A DNA stretch of 64,000 nt, from positions 576,001 to 640,000 of the forward strand of contig CAVRVY010000001.1 in NCBI GenBank assembly GCA_963724765.1, given 5' to 3'. Shown in pieces: positions 22,083 to 33,224 of the stretch (positions within the stretch are counted from its first letter, which is position 1; every line of letters begins with the position of its first letter). A model generated the notes under the pieces. It had not been told where the DNA came from and searched no databases. It saw only the letters and a program-made list of their open reading frames with translations. Position numbers and translations under genes: made by a program. The DNA is from an uncultured delta proteobacterium. GTDB lineage: Bacteria; Desulfobacterota; Binatia; Binatales; Binataceae.

Positions 22083-22942
22083 AGACGTGGCCGTCCTGGA
22101 TGAATTTGCCACTCCGGCAAGTTCCGCCGTCTTTCATCTCCCACACCGTTCGCTTATCCTGACTACAAATCTAGATAAGCCTTCATCCCAATTGGGATCG
22201 AAATGCGCATCAGAGCAGGGGAGCCGCGTTCCCGTTGTCGAAGGAAGCTCGGTGAAAGCGTGAAGAGGAAGGAACCGGATCCCCCTTCCTCCGCGAAAAA
22301 AACTCCGTGATCCGTTCAAAAAGCACCAGAGGAGTATCGCGTATTATGATCACCAATCTACCCAATATTTCGTCCCAAGTTCGACCGGTATCTTCAGATG
22401 TCCGCAAAACGGCGCGATGGTAGAAATCGAACCCCTGATGTGCCTACCTCCAGGCGAGCTCGTCTGGGCGGTTGCATTTCCTGTGCTCTAAGCATGGCGA
22501 ACTCGGTCGGGCGCTACCGATCGTCCAAGACTAGCTAGCTAGATCGGTTACTCGATGAAAAGAGCACAAGCGACATGGAGGACCGGCGTTGGCCAGCCAA
22601 GGCGTGATGCCGCCGCTGCTACCTCAACTGAGCGAGGGGAAACCTGATTTTTTCGGTCCCCTCCCGCTCGCCCCACTCTCTCAATGGACCATAATCGACA
22701 GCTTCGACTCAGTGCGAGGATGCATCGACGCTCATGTCAAACTGCTCCGCGACAGGGTTATGAAAAGCGTGAATGACGAAATTCAAATTGAACAGGTTTA
22801 CAGTGCTAGATGCAGCGCCAGCGACGACCCGCGCCTCAAGGAGAAATAGGCCGCCGTTTTCCTTTGGGCGTTGACGCCCGCGTGGGTTTTGATCTGCCGC
22901 GCATTCGGGAGAGACTGTTCCGAGCAAGGGAGGAAAACGCCG

Positions 22943-23329
22943 ATGGGCGTTGACTTGAGGATGGAACCGTACGCGGAGATGTTCCAGAAGGAACGGCCTG
23001 GGTTGCGGATAATCGATGAGTTTTGCTTCCTGGACATCGATAAGCTGTTCGGCCGGCTCGGGCTGAGTTGGGATGATTTCGGCGCGGCCGCCGACAAAGA
23101 TGGGCGCCTGCCACACGAGGCCGCCTTGAGACTCCTTGCGGCGGTCGAGCCGCATCAAGCTCCAGCTAAAAAGCTGCTTATCCTGCTTCACTACTACAGC
23201 CAGTGGTACGAGCACCCCGACCGTATTCCCATGCAGATGCACCAATTCGTAGGAACCGTGCCCGGCATGGCCGGCGTCGTTGGCCACTGGGAACCCGACA
23301 GGCGGCGTTCCTGGTTGGTGCTGTCATAA
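22943..23329 (+). CDS. Hypothetical protein
   Basis: GGAGG RBS, 128-aa ORF. Confidence 0.6.
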   Translation: MGVDLRMEPYAEMFQKERPGLRIIDEFCFLDIDKLFGRLGLSWDDFGAAADKDGRLPHEAALRLLAAVEPHQAPAKKLLILLHYYSQWYEHPDRIPMQMHQFVGTVPGMAGVVGHWEPDRRRSWLVLS

Positions 23330-23360
23330 AGAACGCGAAGCACCCGGCCTGATCTTTATC

Positions 23361-23567
23361 GTGGCTGAAGAGATTCAGTTGCTTGCGTGCGGATATTCGG
23401 CTCAGTGCACCGTTCGCGGGTGCCGAGACCGGGCAACCTGGATCGCCCGATACACCGACGATCAGGGAAGGCCACTTCGGCAACGCGAACTGTGCGACCG
23501 ACACGCGGACTGGCTCAAGGCGAACCGCCCGAACGTGCACGACTTAAGGAGCGCACCCGATGCCTGA
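23361..23567 (+). CDS. Small Cys/His hypothetical protein
   Basis: CxxxxC…CxxH pattern. Confidence 0.5.
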   Translation: MAEEIQLLACGYSAQCTVRGCRDRATWIARYTDDQGRPLRQRELCDRHADWLKANRPNVHDLRSAPDA

Positions 23568-23659
23568 GAAAACGGTCAAAAGCCGGCTACAAGACCGTGA
23601 CGCCGCGCTCGCCTCCGACGACGGCCCGATCTTCTCGACCGTCGCCAAGCTGGTCGAAC

Positions 23660-24112
23660 TCATGGTATGAAAGTCCTCAAATATACCTTATCGTCCAATC
23701 CGTCGAAGGTGTGATAACGCGCGGTGAATTTCCACTGGTTGTCCACCTTTGCATATTCATCTTCGAAGTAACCTAAGCCAAGCCACTCCATGGTGATACC
23801 CACATTGCGCACTTCCACGCAGCATCGGCCGGTTGCGCGGTCTCCGCTAAGTAGATTTACGATTTGATTGTGGATCAACAGCCGGGGTGTCGTCTCAGCG
23901 AGCGCCTTTTCATGCATCTTCTTAAGTTGGGCGTGGCCATGCGAGACAGCTTCAACCTCGATGCCTTTCATGACAAAAGTTGCATCGCCTGTGAATAGAT
24001 CAAGCAGGCCATCAACATCTTTTCTCCACAAGCAGTCGCAGTAGCGTACCGGAAGATCGCGGATGGCTTCGCGGTCAACAAGCTCACGAACCAACTCGTC
24101 AGTCGTTTTCAT
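23660..24112 (-). CDS. NTF2/SnoaL-like protein
   Basis: DREAIRDLPVRYC…FTGDA…N..V…DRATG…GYFEDEY.K…WKF. Confidence 0.9.
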   Translation of the reverse strand: MKTTDELVRELVDREAIRDLPVRYCDCLWRKDVDGLLDLFTGDATFVMKGIEVEAVSHGHAQLKKMHEKALAETTPRLLIHNQIVNLLSGDRATGRCCVEVRNVGITMEWLGLGYFEDEYAKVDNQWKFTARYHTFDGLDDKVYLRTFIP

Positions 24113-24339
24113 GATTTATCCTCTTCGTGCGCGTGAATTCCCGCTCCAGGACCGGTCGGAGCGCCTGGCGGGTACGTTTCTTTCTCTTGGCCAATGCAAC
24201 CAATAAAATCATTCATGCATCAAGGCTAAGTGGCAAATCCAGGTATTCCTGAAGGCGATGACCTCACGTCTTTTCCGTCTTCACCTCAAACTCGGAAAGC
24301 ACCCGCGAGGCTTTTTGGGCTGCGGTTTGGTCGACCGGT

Positions 24340-24600
24340 TCACGCCGACCAGGGTATTGATTCCTCGACAGCCGGTACGGCTCCGTGGTCTGGCGAAAAA
24401 ACGGGCGCGTGACGGCTCCAGCAGTAGAGTCCCACGAACATCGCCACGCATAACGCAGCAATCGCCAAGAAACTAGCCGACAGCACCGCATCGGTCTCAA
24501 TCCTTTCTTTCAGGTCACCGGAGACCCTATGCCGACCGGGTTCTTGAGGCATCGTGGTGGTTCTCAAAAGATGGCTCTCTGTATCGTTTACAGATTTCAT
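24340..24600 (-). CDS. Small single-TM hypothetical protein
   Basis: GAGGGG RBS, one hydrophobic helix. Confidence 0.4.
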   Translation of the reverse strand: MKSVNDTESHLLRTTTMPQEPGRHRVSGDLKERIETDAVLSASFLAIAALCVAMFVGLYCWSRHAPVFSPDHGAVPAVEESIPWSA

Positions 24601-25015
24601 TGTGATACCCCTCATGCCTAAGTGGCGTGAGGGAGCCACTCACAACGCGTGCGTCGATTTTTCACGGAGAAGCTATCACGAAAGGGGGCTATGCTGGCAT
24701 TTGCCTCAGCTTGCGTCACTTCGATAATGGCGGGGCCTGAACACCGCGACTTTCCTGAAAATCGAAAAAGTTACGCATGCGGGGGGACCCACGCGCAAAA
24801 TGTCGTCGCGATTTTGGGTGCTAGGGGGCGCGTCGCGGTCGAAAGGGGACCCTACTCGATGCGTCGTCCAAGGATGGTCACCATGGCAACCCCACCATCC
24901 GAGACGGGTCGCGATGGGTCAGCCGGTGGATGGTCAGCGCGGGCTCGATGCGCCTGGCGCTGGCCGAGGGCGGCGCGAGGGCGCGGGCGTGCTAGTTGAG
25001 CACGCGGACATCAGA

Positions 25016-26373
25016 TGTAAGAGGTAAGACTTAATCTGACAGTGATGGTAAGGTCCTCGGGTCCTTAGAAGGAGACGAGGGCGATGAATCAGGAGCAGAA
25101 AGTAATCCGGGTAAAGGTGGGAGTACTGGAGCTGGCCAAGCAGCTCGGCAACGTGTCGGCGGCCTGCCGGGTGATGGGCTACAGCCGCGACAGCTTCTAC
25201 CGCTTCAAGGAACTTTACGACAAGGGCGGCGAGGCGGCGCTGCAGGAGATCTCGCGGCGCAAGCCGGTGCTTCGGAATCGGGTGGCGCCGGAGATTGAGC
25301 AAGCGGTAGTGGAAAGCGCGATCAGCGAGCCCGCCTGGGGTCAGGTGCGCGTCGCCAACGAGCTGAAGAAGCGCGGACTGAGTGTGTCGGCGGCCGGCGT
25401 GCGCTGCGTCTGGCAGCGTCACGATCTCGAGACCATGCACAAGCGGCTCAAGGCCCTGGAGGCAAAGAGCGCGCAGGAAGGCTTGGTGCTGAGTGAGAGC
25501 CAGCTCACCGCGCTGGAAAAGGCCAAGGCCGACAAGGAAGCGCATGGCGAGTTCGCGAGCGAATGCCCGGGCTACTGCGGAGCGCAGGATACGTTCTACG
25601 TCGGCACACTCAAGGGCGTCGGCCGCATCTATCAGCAGACTTTCCTCGATACCTACAGCAAACTGGCGTTTGCCAAGCTCTACGATCGCAAGACCTCGCT
25701 GGTGGCGGCCGATTTACTCAACGACCGGGTGATCCCGTTCTTCGACGAACATCAAATCCCGCTGGGCCGGGTCTTAACCGACCGCGGCACTGAGTATTGC
25801 GGCGCACCCGAGCGCCACGAATATGAACTCTACCTGGCGGTGGAGAACATCGATCACACCCGCACCAAGGTCAAAAGCCCACAGACCAACGGCATCGTCG
25901 AGCGCTTCCACAAGACCGTGCTCAATGAGTTCTATCGGGTCGCCTTCCGGCGCAAGATCTACTCCGGCATCGAACAGTTGCAGGCCGACCTCGACGCCTG
26001 GCTGCGCGAGTACAACGAGTTGCGGCCCCATCAGGGCCGCTGGTGTTACGGCAAGACTCCAATGCAAACCTTCCGCGACAGCGTGCCATTGGCGAAGGAG
26101 AAGATGCTCGGCTCGACCACAGCATCCGCGGCGGCCGAGAGTCTGGGATTATGAATGGCTGCGTAGCGCAGCAGTCGCCCAGGCGACTGCATAATCGGCT
26201 GCCGAGCCGCAGCGACGGCTGCGGTCAAGGGCGGCCAAAGCCGGCGCGCATCGCGCGCGAACCCTTGACGGCGAGCCGGAGCGTAGGCTATCGCTGCGCT
26301 CGACATCTGACGTATTACTCAAACCGGACACCGGGACCACCATCCACTGTCAGAGGAAGTTTTAAGTTATACA
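25016..26373 (+). mobile_element. IS481 family IS, complete
   Basis: TGT…ACA ends with shared CTGACAGT core; 7-bp target duplication CATCAGA (25009-15, 26374-80). Confidence 0.93.
25084..26154 (+). CDS. IS481 transposase
   Basis: [50 protein letters not shown]. Confidence 0.95.
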   Translation: MNQEQKVIRVKVGVLELAKQLGNVSAACRVMGYSRDSFYRFKELYDKGGEAALQEISRRKPVLRNRVAPEIEQAVVESAISEPAWGQVRVANELKKRGLSVSAAGVRCVWQRHDLETMHKRLKALEAKSAQEGLVLSESQLTALEKAKADKEAHGEFASECPGYCGAQDTFYVGTLKGVGRIYQQTFLDTYSKLAFAKLYDRKTSLVAADLLNDRVIPFFDEHQIPLGRVLTDRGTEYCGAPERHEYELYLAVENIDHTRTKVKSPQTNGIVERFHKTVLNEFYRVAFRRKIYSGIEQLQADLDAWLREYNELRPHQGRWCYGKTPMQTFRDSVPLAKEKMLGSTTASAAAESLGL

Positions 26374-26767
26374 CATCAGAGAATAAGCTTCGCGTTTGCG
26401 GGCGTGGCCGCGGGCTCGGGCTCGTCAGGTAGATACCCCGTAGACGGCGACGCGAATTTCCACAAGCCGAGCGCGTTCACAAGGTCGCGGCAGGCTGGCG
26501 AGCATGTCGTGATGCGTCACGATCGCGGCGAACACTCCCCTTCGTCTCGGTATAGGTAAAGAGTCGGTCCCTTCGAAGCCCTCGAAGACCTTCCCGTACG
26601 TTCCGGTTGCCTCCTAGATGGTTGGCCAGCGCCCAAGCCAGGATGAACCAGCCCTCGGTATCCCAGACGACTGGCTCCTCAAAGCGTTAGGCGTGTGGAT
26701 CTCGGGTAGATCCTGCATGCGTGGAACCCGATCGACGGGCAATGAATGCGAAGCTTGAGCGAATGTT

Positions 26768-26958
26768 CATGGACCTAGCAAAATCGCGCGCGGATAACTT
26801 TGGCTTAACTCCGGCGAATAGCGCTGCAAGAGCCGTTCTCCGGGTCCATGCGCAATCGCAAATCCCGCGAACACGTGCGGATTTCGAGCGATTCTCCAAG
26901 ATCTCCGAAAACCGATGGACTCGATGGTGGTCCAAGCGGGATTTGAACTCACGGCCCC
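26768..26958 (+). repeat. ~190-bp structured element, copy B
   Basis: CATGGACC…GGTCCATG, AAATCC…GGATTT hairpin, CGATTCTCC, TGGTGGTCCAAGCGGGATTTGAACT. Confidence 0.7.
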
Positions 26959-27024
26959 TCTTCATTAAATATCCCGCAGAGTGTGCGGTCTTTTTCGCGC
27001 AATTCAGGCGAATCCGCGCCACCG

Positions 27025-27395
27025 GAGACGCCAGATCGCAGGATGTTGCCAAAGAACTGCTCGCTTTGCGTGGCGCCCGCGTTATTCTAGCGACCGCGCC
27101 AAATGGCAAGGCGATGGGGAGCCTAATCGACGGACTTGGAGTTGACGGCAAACTGATGATAGTCGGAGCCAGAGTCGAACCATTTGCGGTCTCGTTGTTT
27201 CAACTTCTCTTGGCTCGCAAGTCGCTCATGGGCTGGCCGCCCGGAACGTCGATCGATTCCGAGGACACGTTCAGGTTCGCGGCGGCCAATGGCGTGCAAC
27301 CGATGATCGAGACCTTTCCGCTGGAGAGAGTCGCGGAGGCCTACGAACGCATGATTTCCGGCAAAGTACGCTTCAGGTCAGTTTTGAAGATCTGA
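27025..27395 (+). pseudogene. Zn-dependent alcohol dehydrogenase C-terminal fragment
   Basis: GARVILATAPNGKAM…IETFPLERVAEAYERMISGKVRFRSVL; N-terminal domain replaced by repeat copy B. Confidence 0.85.
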
Positions 27396-27769
27396 TGCCA
27401 GCCAAGGTTCCGTGGGTAAGAACGAATTGCCAGAGGCCGCCGCGTGGAATCCGCGGTGAATCCTTACACGCATTTTGCCCTGCGGCCGTGCGTCTCTGTC
27501 GGATGTCCAGCGCGACGGTGCTGTATACGCGGGAACGTAACGACCAGCGAGGTTCCGCCGCGCAGTTGGTCTAGGAGCCCGAACAGCCCCTTCACCGGGT
27601 GTGAGCAAGCTCGGGGCAGGTTCTGGTCGTAGGCTTATTTGGACAGACATAAGACGCACTAACCTGTCACGACTTCATTTGTCTTAACCGGAGCAGTGCG
27701 CTAGGTTCAGCTCGCTGGACCGGCGATTCCCTTTCGGCGAGAGATGTACGCTCTGTGGAGGGGCTCACG

Positions 27770-28015
27770 ATGGAAGCCAAGCTTCCTATGAACGGCCATC
27801 AATGGTCAGAGCACGAGATTGAAATAGCGGGACAGAATTACTTTTATCGGCACTGTAGCCTCTGCCGCCGTAATTTCGTGCGACTAGCAGAAGAGGAACG
27901 TTGGAGAGCTGCAACTCTCGGATTATCCCGTTTCACTCTTCTCGACGAGATCACAGACGACCTTTGGTCATCCGAGGAGTGTCCCGGAATTGGGACGGCG
28001 AAACTCACGCACTAG
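27770..28015 (+). CDS. Small hypothetical protein (HxW…CxxC…C)
   Basis: GGAGGG RBS, 81 aa. Confidence 0.55.
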   Translation: MEAKLPMNGHQWSEHEIEIAGQNYFYRHCSLCRRNFVRLAEEERWRAATLGLSRFTLLDEITDDLWSSEECPGIGTAKLTH

Positions 28016-28167
28016 GTTTTCGCCTCGCGACTCCCGAAGTGAAGCTCGGCGCGATAAAAGCGCATCTCGGGCGCTTCTGCCCGGCCCGATGGAGCAAATC
28101 GGCAATGTGTTCCGGCAAGACCGCTGCGATGCGCAGGAGCCGAGACGCGAGAAAGCAGCGCAGACTT

Positions 28168-28515
28168 CAGTAGCCTTTTATTGCCCTGAGCGCTGCGAGC
28201 GTGTCAGCCGGCTCCGGTCTTACCGTGTAGTCGGGATCAGCCTCGGCGGAGCGAATTATTCGCTGCGCGATCACATCACGGCTGTATCATTCGAGCTGTG
28301 GGGAGATCGCTATCAGGGTCGCGCCGAGCACTTTGATTTCGGGCCACACGTGCTGCAGAGCCGCCAGCCCCGCATTGCGGTAGGGTCACCACTTGCTCCG
28401 GTAGAAACTTACTGCGACCGGCCCCTCTTTGAGCATCGTAGAGCATCATACCTAGACTCACCAGCTTTCTGTTATGGTTGGGCAGGCTGAAGTCGGGGCC
28501 CTTGCCACCCAAAGA
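28168..28515 (-). pseudogene. Peroxiredoxin-like (AhpC/TSA) remnant with UGA at the active-site position
   Basis: G.KGPDFSLPN…GPVAVSFYRSKW*PY.NA.LAALQ…GATLIAISPQ…I.SAEADPDYTVRPEP; internal deletion. Confidence 0.65.
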
Positions 28516-28755
28516 CGTCAGGTAGTGATTGGCTCAGCTGGCCGCTGAGGCTAAGAAACTCCGTCTGCAATCTTTCCGTTGCTCGCTCGCCGGTTGAGCA
28601 GCCGAGCGGACCCAGAACTTGAGGGCTTGACCTTATATCACCGGCTAAACGTTCTCGGTCGCGGGCGCTGTCGCTGGCTTCAAATCGTGAAATTCCTTGT
28701 GTCTGTATTTTTCTTACGCGACAGGCAACAATCTGCATCAAAGAAGGAAGGAACT

Positions 28756-29796
28756 ATGAAGATTGGCGTACTCACCGGCGGCGGAGATTGTCCGGGACTC
28801 AATGCAGCAATTCGGGCAATTGTGAAGTATGGCAGCAAAAGATACGAAGACCGCTTTTTGGGCATCAAGTACGGCTGGAAGGGGCTCGTCAATAAAAGCA
28901 TGCCCATCGAGGAGCGGGTTATGGAGCTAACTCCTGTCACCGTTTCTGGCATTCTCACAAAAGGCGGCACCATTCTTTATTCTTCGCGGACGAATCCACT
29001 GAGCCAAGAAAACGGCCTTGAAGATCTTCGGCATAATTTTGATGAACTCGGCCTCAATGGACTAATTGCGATCGGCGGAGAGGATACGTTAGGTGTCGCG
29101 TACGCGGCATTTGCAAAATTCAACCTGCCGGTTGTCGGTGTGCCCAAGACAATCGATAACGATCTGTGCGGGACAGACACGACTATCGGGTTTACCACCG
29201 CTTATACTGTCGTGACCGAAGCCGTTGACCGACTCCATTCCACGGCGGAATCCCACGACACGATCCACATCATCGAGGTCATGGGGAGAAATACTGGTTG
29301 GATTGCACTTCGAGGCGGTATGGCCGGCGGAGCGGATATCATTCTAATTCCAGAGCATCCACTGTCGATAGAAGAGATTTGTAATTTGATCGAAGAGCGA
29401 CGTGATCAGAGCAAACGTTTCAGCATCATAGTAGTCGCCGAAGGATATCCACTCGAAGGACAGGTCGTGAAGAGTGATCAGAGAGATGCTTTCGGGCATG
29501 AACAGCTGGGCGGAGTTGGTAATCGACTTGCCGCAATTCTCAAAGCGAAAACCGGCTTCGAGGTAAGAGTCACCAACCCTGCATATATGCAACGGGGCGG
29601 CATTCCTGCTGCCTACGACCGGTACATTGCGATCGAACTCGGCGAGAGGGCTGTGGATCTGGTTCACAACGGGCGGTTTGGAAGGATGGCGGCGATCGCG
29701 CGCAATCAAGTGACTGACGTGGAGCTCAGGGAAGTGACGGGAACAAGGCAGGTCCCGCTTGAGCTTTTTGAAAAAATGCGCTGGCTGTTCGGGTAA
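28756..29796 (+). CDS. pfkA: Phosphofructokinase group III, probably PPi-dependent
   Basis: LTGGGDCPGLN, GGEDT, PKTIDND, EVMGR, QRGG. Confidence 0.92.
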   Translation: MKIGVLTGGGDCPGLNAAIRAIVKYGSKRYEDRFLGIKYGWKGLVNKSMPIEERVMELTPVTVSGILTKGGTILYSSRTNPLSQENGLEDLRHNFDELGLNGLIAIGGEDTLGVAYAAFAKFNLPVVGVPKTIDNDLCGTDTTIGFTTAYTVVTEAVDRLHSTAESHDTIHIIEVMGRNTGWIALRGGMAGGADIILIPEHPLSIEEICNLIEERRDQSKRFSIIVVAEGYPLEGQVVKSDQRDAFGHEQLGGVGNRLAAILKAKTGFEVRVTNPAYMQRGGIPAAYDRYIAIELGERAVDLVHNGRFGRMAAIARNQVTDVELREVTGTRQVPLELFEKMRWLFG

Positions 29797-29935
29797 AAGA
29801 GCTCGCTGCGGATCTTCCAAGTTGATCACACTGCGACGCAACGGTGGAAGCGCAGACGCCTGGCTGAAGCGAACATTACTCTGCCGGAAAATGTCAACCT
29901 CGTCCCGAATCGCACAATCAAAGAGAATGCTCTCG

Positions 29936-30627
29936 TGTGCCTATCGAAAACCTAAATCCGGACGTATTGATGATGGAGCCCGCCGAGGATAGGTATCGCT
30001 GCGATGCGGCCGAACTTCTGGGCTCGCCGAAAACATGGAGCATCTTTATCCAATGAGAGGTGAGTCCGGACATCAAGACCTCATTGTAATACGAAGCGTA
30101 AGCCTTCAGGACACCGCGCAAGTGCGCCTCGCCGAACACGATGAGATGGTCGAGAGATTCGCGCCGTATCGATCCGATGAGCCGTTCAATGTGGCCGTTC
30201 TGCCACGGCGAGAGTGGTGCGGTGGGGGTGATCTCGGATCCCCATTGCACGAATGCGGCGGATGTACGCTGGACCGAATGCGCCAACACGGTCTCGAATC
30301 AGGTGACGCGGCGCTTCCTCCCAGGGAAAGGCATCGGTCACCTGGCCCGCTATCCACTCGGCGGTCGGATTGTTCGTCACGCTGATGCTCACCAATCGCC
30401 TCCGGGCGTGACGAAGAATGACCAGGCCATAGAACAGCTTGAAAGAAATTGTACGAACCACGAACAAATCGATGGACGTGATCCCAGCGGCATAGTTGCG
30501 CAGGAATGTCTTCCACCCCTGAGAGGGCGGCCCCTGCCGCCTGGTCATGTATCGCGCCACGGTTGACTGGGCGACCTCGATCCCAAGCATCAGCAGTTCG
30601 CCGTGTATCCGCGGCGCTCCCCACAGC
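29936..30627 (-). mobile_element. rve/integrase-core transposase element, 3' half, frameshifted
   Basis: LWGAPRIHGELLMLG…SQGWKTFLRN…LIRDR…SPWQNG.IERLIGSIRRE; end TGTGCCTATCGAAAACC. Confidence 0.85.
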
Positions 30628-31075
30628 GTCACCGTTCGTGCCGGGATTGCCACAATTATTTGTGCCCGAAGGAGGTGCCGGATGAACTTGTGCCAACGTG
30701 CCGGAAAAAGATGACAGGGCAAAGGCCGAGCGGAACGTCGTCCAGTCAGCCGCATTCATGTTCGTGTCTTCGATGACTACGATGGTTTGCCCTTCTCCCG
30801 TGATAGGCGTGCTCGCAGTCCAGAGCGGCGTGACAGTGTAGATTGTAGCGAAATCCTGCGGTCCAACGTCGTACTGCTCGCTGCCTTGATACGAGAAGGA
30901 GAAAGTCGGATTCCATCCTGCCGGTACCCATTTGCCGTTCGAATCCTTCTTGACCTCGCCGACGTTCTGCATCGCCGGACGCGGCATGAAGTCGTTCAAC
31001 GAGGCGAAGCCCATCACCAGCGGCGCAAGCGCTACGGGTATCTGCGGGTCGGTAGCATTCGCGACGTGGTTTACA
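30628..31075 (-). pseudogene. S53 (sedolisin) peptidase internal fragment
   Basis: ANATDPQIPVALA..V.G…LNDF…PQDFATIY…ITGEGQTIVVI…D…FRSAF. Confidence 0.7.
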
Positions 31076-31120
31076 ACTGCCGAGTGGTTCGATCAGCAGT
31101 CGAATTTACGGCGATGATTC

Positions 31121-31210
31121 ATGGACCTAGCCAAATCGCGCCCGGATAAGCTGAAAGCCCGTGAAAAGTGTGACCACACGCGAGACCGACTGTTCCTCGG
31201 CCCCGTTACA
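31121..31210 (+). repeat. ~190-bp structured element, partial copy C
   Basis: ATGGACCTAGCCAAATCGCGCCCGGATAA is nearly identical to the start of copy B. Confidence 0.6.
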
Positions 31211-31289
31211 CTGAATTTTTTCTCGCGGTCGCGACAAGTTGAATCGGTAGTTGGCGGTTTTGAATTCCCTGCTCTTTCATCGATTGCGA

Positions 31290-31683
31290 TCATGTTTGCT
31301 TGCGGAGTTCCTGGATAAGCTCCCCGAGACTTGGTCGTAGCGCCCCCCATCGCTCTGCTACCTTCCCGCCCGAGATGCGTACGATCTCGTAAATTTCAAA
31401 TGTAACTCGCCTGCCGGTCGGTGGAATACCTCTGAATTCTCGCGAGTGGGTCTGTTCCGCTGTCATCCGAGCTGCCACTCGATCCCCTTCCGCCACGAGA
31501 TCCGAAATCGTGACCTTCTGATCAGGGAACCCGCCTGTTACTGCTTTTCGGAAGGCGATCAGGGCATCCCGGTCGCCAGGCGGGGCCAGGTCATGTGCGA
31601 CGAAATCGGCCGTGAGCAGTTTATCCAGTAGGTCCGGCTTGCTGAGTGCATCCAAGTAGCAGCGAGATCTCTTTGTTGTCCAT
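31290..31683 (-). CDS. SnoaL-like ester cyclase (frameshift near start)
   Basis: FPDQKVTISDLVAEGDRVAAR…THSREFRGIPPTGRRV…GKVAERW; ATG 31683 with RBS is out of frame. Confidence 0.8.
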
Positions 31684-31785
31684 GATCTCCATCACCTCTG
31701 GTGCCCTCCGGAAGACTCGATTAAAGCTCAATCGCCGCGCGCGGGCGGCCCAGCCGCCCACGCGCCTATCCGCCTGGCCGGAAGT

Positions 31786-33144
31786 TTACGGAACCGACGG
31801 AGGCGTAAACGGCGGCTCGGGAACCGGACTAGTCGACCACGGCGTGAACAGTACCGTGCCGGTGCCGGCCACGAAGGTTGCGCATCTTCTCGCACCGGGA
31901 CCGGCGGAGCATCCCCACCAATCTTGCGTGGCGTTGACCGTAGCACTGCCAGTGAGGACCTCAAGATTGTCGACGGCGATGCTACCGCGGCTGAAGTTGT
32001 TAAGCGTTGCGGTCAGCTGCAGCGCGATGTTGGTGCTGGTTACGATATCTTCGTCTTCGCCGTCAAACGTATTCTCTGAGATAACGATTCCGCTCACGCT
32101 GCCACCGACCGCCAGCAAGCTGATACCGTCTCCCTGCGATTGCGAAAGGCCCAGGTCCGTGTCCCCGCCGTTGTGTGCGATATAGTTCCCCACGATCACT
32201 TCGTCTTGGAGCGTTTCTGTACCGGGCGCGTGGGTATGCATGGCTACGCCGGCTATACCATTCCCGACGAGGTCATTGTTCACGACACTGTTGCCGTAAT
32301 TCATCGTCGGTCCTCCCGGAGAGAACAAGCCTACGCCGGCCCCGAATCCATTTGCTGGAGAGGTTCCATTCCCGGAAACCTCGTTTCCGCTAATGGTGTT
32401 GTGATAGACCCCAAAAGGGCTGTGCGACGGAACCGTAATGCCGCAATCGAGCACATTATTGATGACGACGTTGCTTCTAATCGAGTTGTCATGGGTCGGA
32501 CCACTGTCGTCGCTCACCAGGATTCCACCGGCGTTATTTTCCACTGTGTTGAAGGCGACGACCGAGGAATTGACGTTCGTGAGGTGAATTCCTTCCCCGC
32601 AGTCGTCGGCCTCGTTCGTCTCGAAGGGGTAAACAGTCGTCAGGCCGGGACACGCGGGAGTCGTCGGCGACGGTTCGAGACTCTCGTCGTTGTCGAAGAC
32701 GTGATTACCCCAAATCGTAACCGACGACGCGCCGTTGATGAGGATACCTTCGAAGTTGGCGTTCTTGAGCGTGAATCCGGTCACGACGACGTTGCTTACA
32801 CCAACTGCGGGGGACGTGACTGACGGATTATTGATATAAATACCGTTTGACAGGCCCTTCGCATCGATGATGGTTTTGTCGGGATCCGCGCCGACCAACG
32901 ACAGGGACTCGCTGATGGTCACCATTTCTTTGTATGTCCCGGGTTCCACGTTGATCGTGTCACCAGGCGACGCCGCCGACACGGCGCCAGAGATGGTGTT
33001 GTAACAACCAAATTTGCCTCGTGGGTTCACGCACAACGTGGCCGCCTCCGCGGGCTGAAACGCACCGGCGATCAGCAGTGTGCACAGTCCAATCAGGTAC
33101 GGAATCCGACGTGACGACGCGCTCCTCGTTCCTCTCCCTACCAT
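31786..33144 (-). CDS. Secreted right-handed parallel beta-helix (NosD/pectin-lyase-like) protein
   Basis: Signal peptide, TISGAV..A.PGDTI.V.PGTY.E, Asn-ladder repeats. Confidence 0.88.
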   Translation of the reverse strand: MVGRGTRSASSRRIPYLIGLCTLLIAGAFQPAEAATLCVNPRGKFGCYNTISGAVSAASPGDTINVEPGTYKEMVTISESLSLVGADPDKTIIDAKGLSNGIYINNPSVTSPAVGVSNVVVTGFTLKNANFEGILINGASSVTIWGNHVFDNDESLEPSPTTPACPGLTTVYPFETNEADDCGEGIHLTNVNSSVVAFNTVENNAGGILVSDDSGPTHDNSIRSNVVINNVLDCGITVPSHSPFGVYHNTISGNEVSGNGTSPANGFGAGVGLFSPGGPTMNYGNSVVNNDLVGNGIAGVAMHTHAPGTETLQDEVIVGNYIAHNGGDTDLGLSQSQGDGISLLAVGGSVSGIVISENTFDGEDEDIVTSTNIALQLTATLNNFSRGSIAVDNLEVLTGSATVNATQDWWGCSAGPGARRCATFVAGTGTVLFTPWSTSPVPEPPFTPPSVP

Positions 33145-33224
33145 ATGGTTCCCTCCAAACCGGATTTTGATCACAACCTTGGAATCCGTAGCTCAAATTA
33201 GCTGCGTAGTGACAGCGCAATAAA

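Noticed and set aside
26721-27395. 224-aa novel dehydrogenase
   Set aside because: The N-terminal half is translated non-coding repeat copy B; only the C-terminus is ADH.
30106-31017. 303-aa ORF
   Set aside because: An S53 fragment reading into an off-frame transposase remnant.
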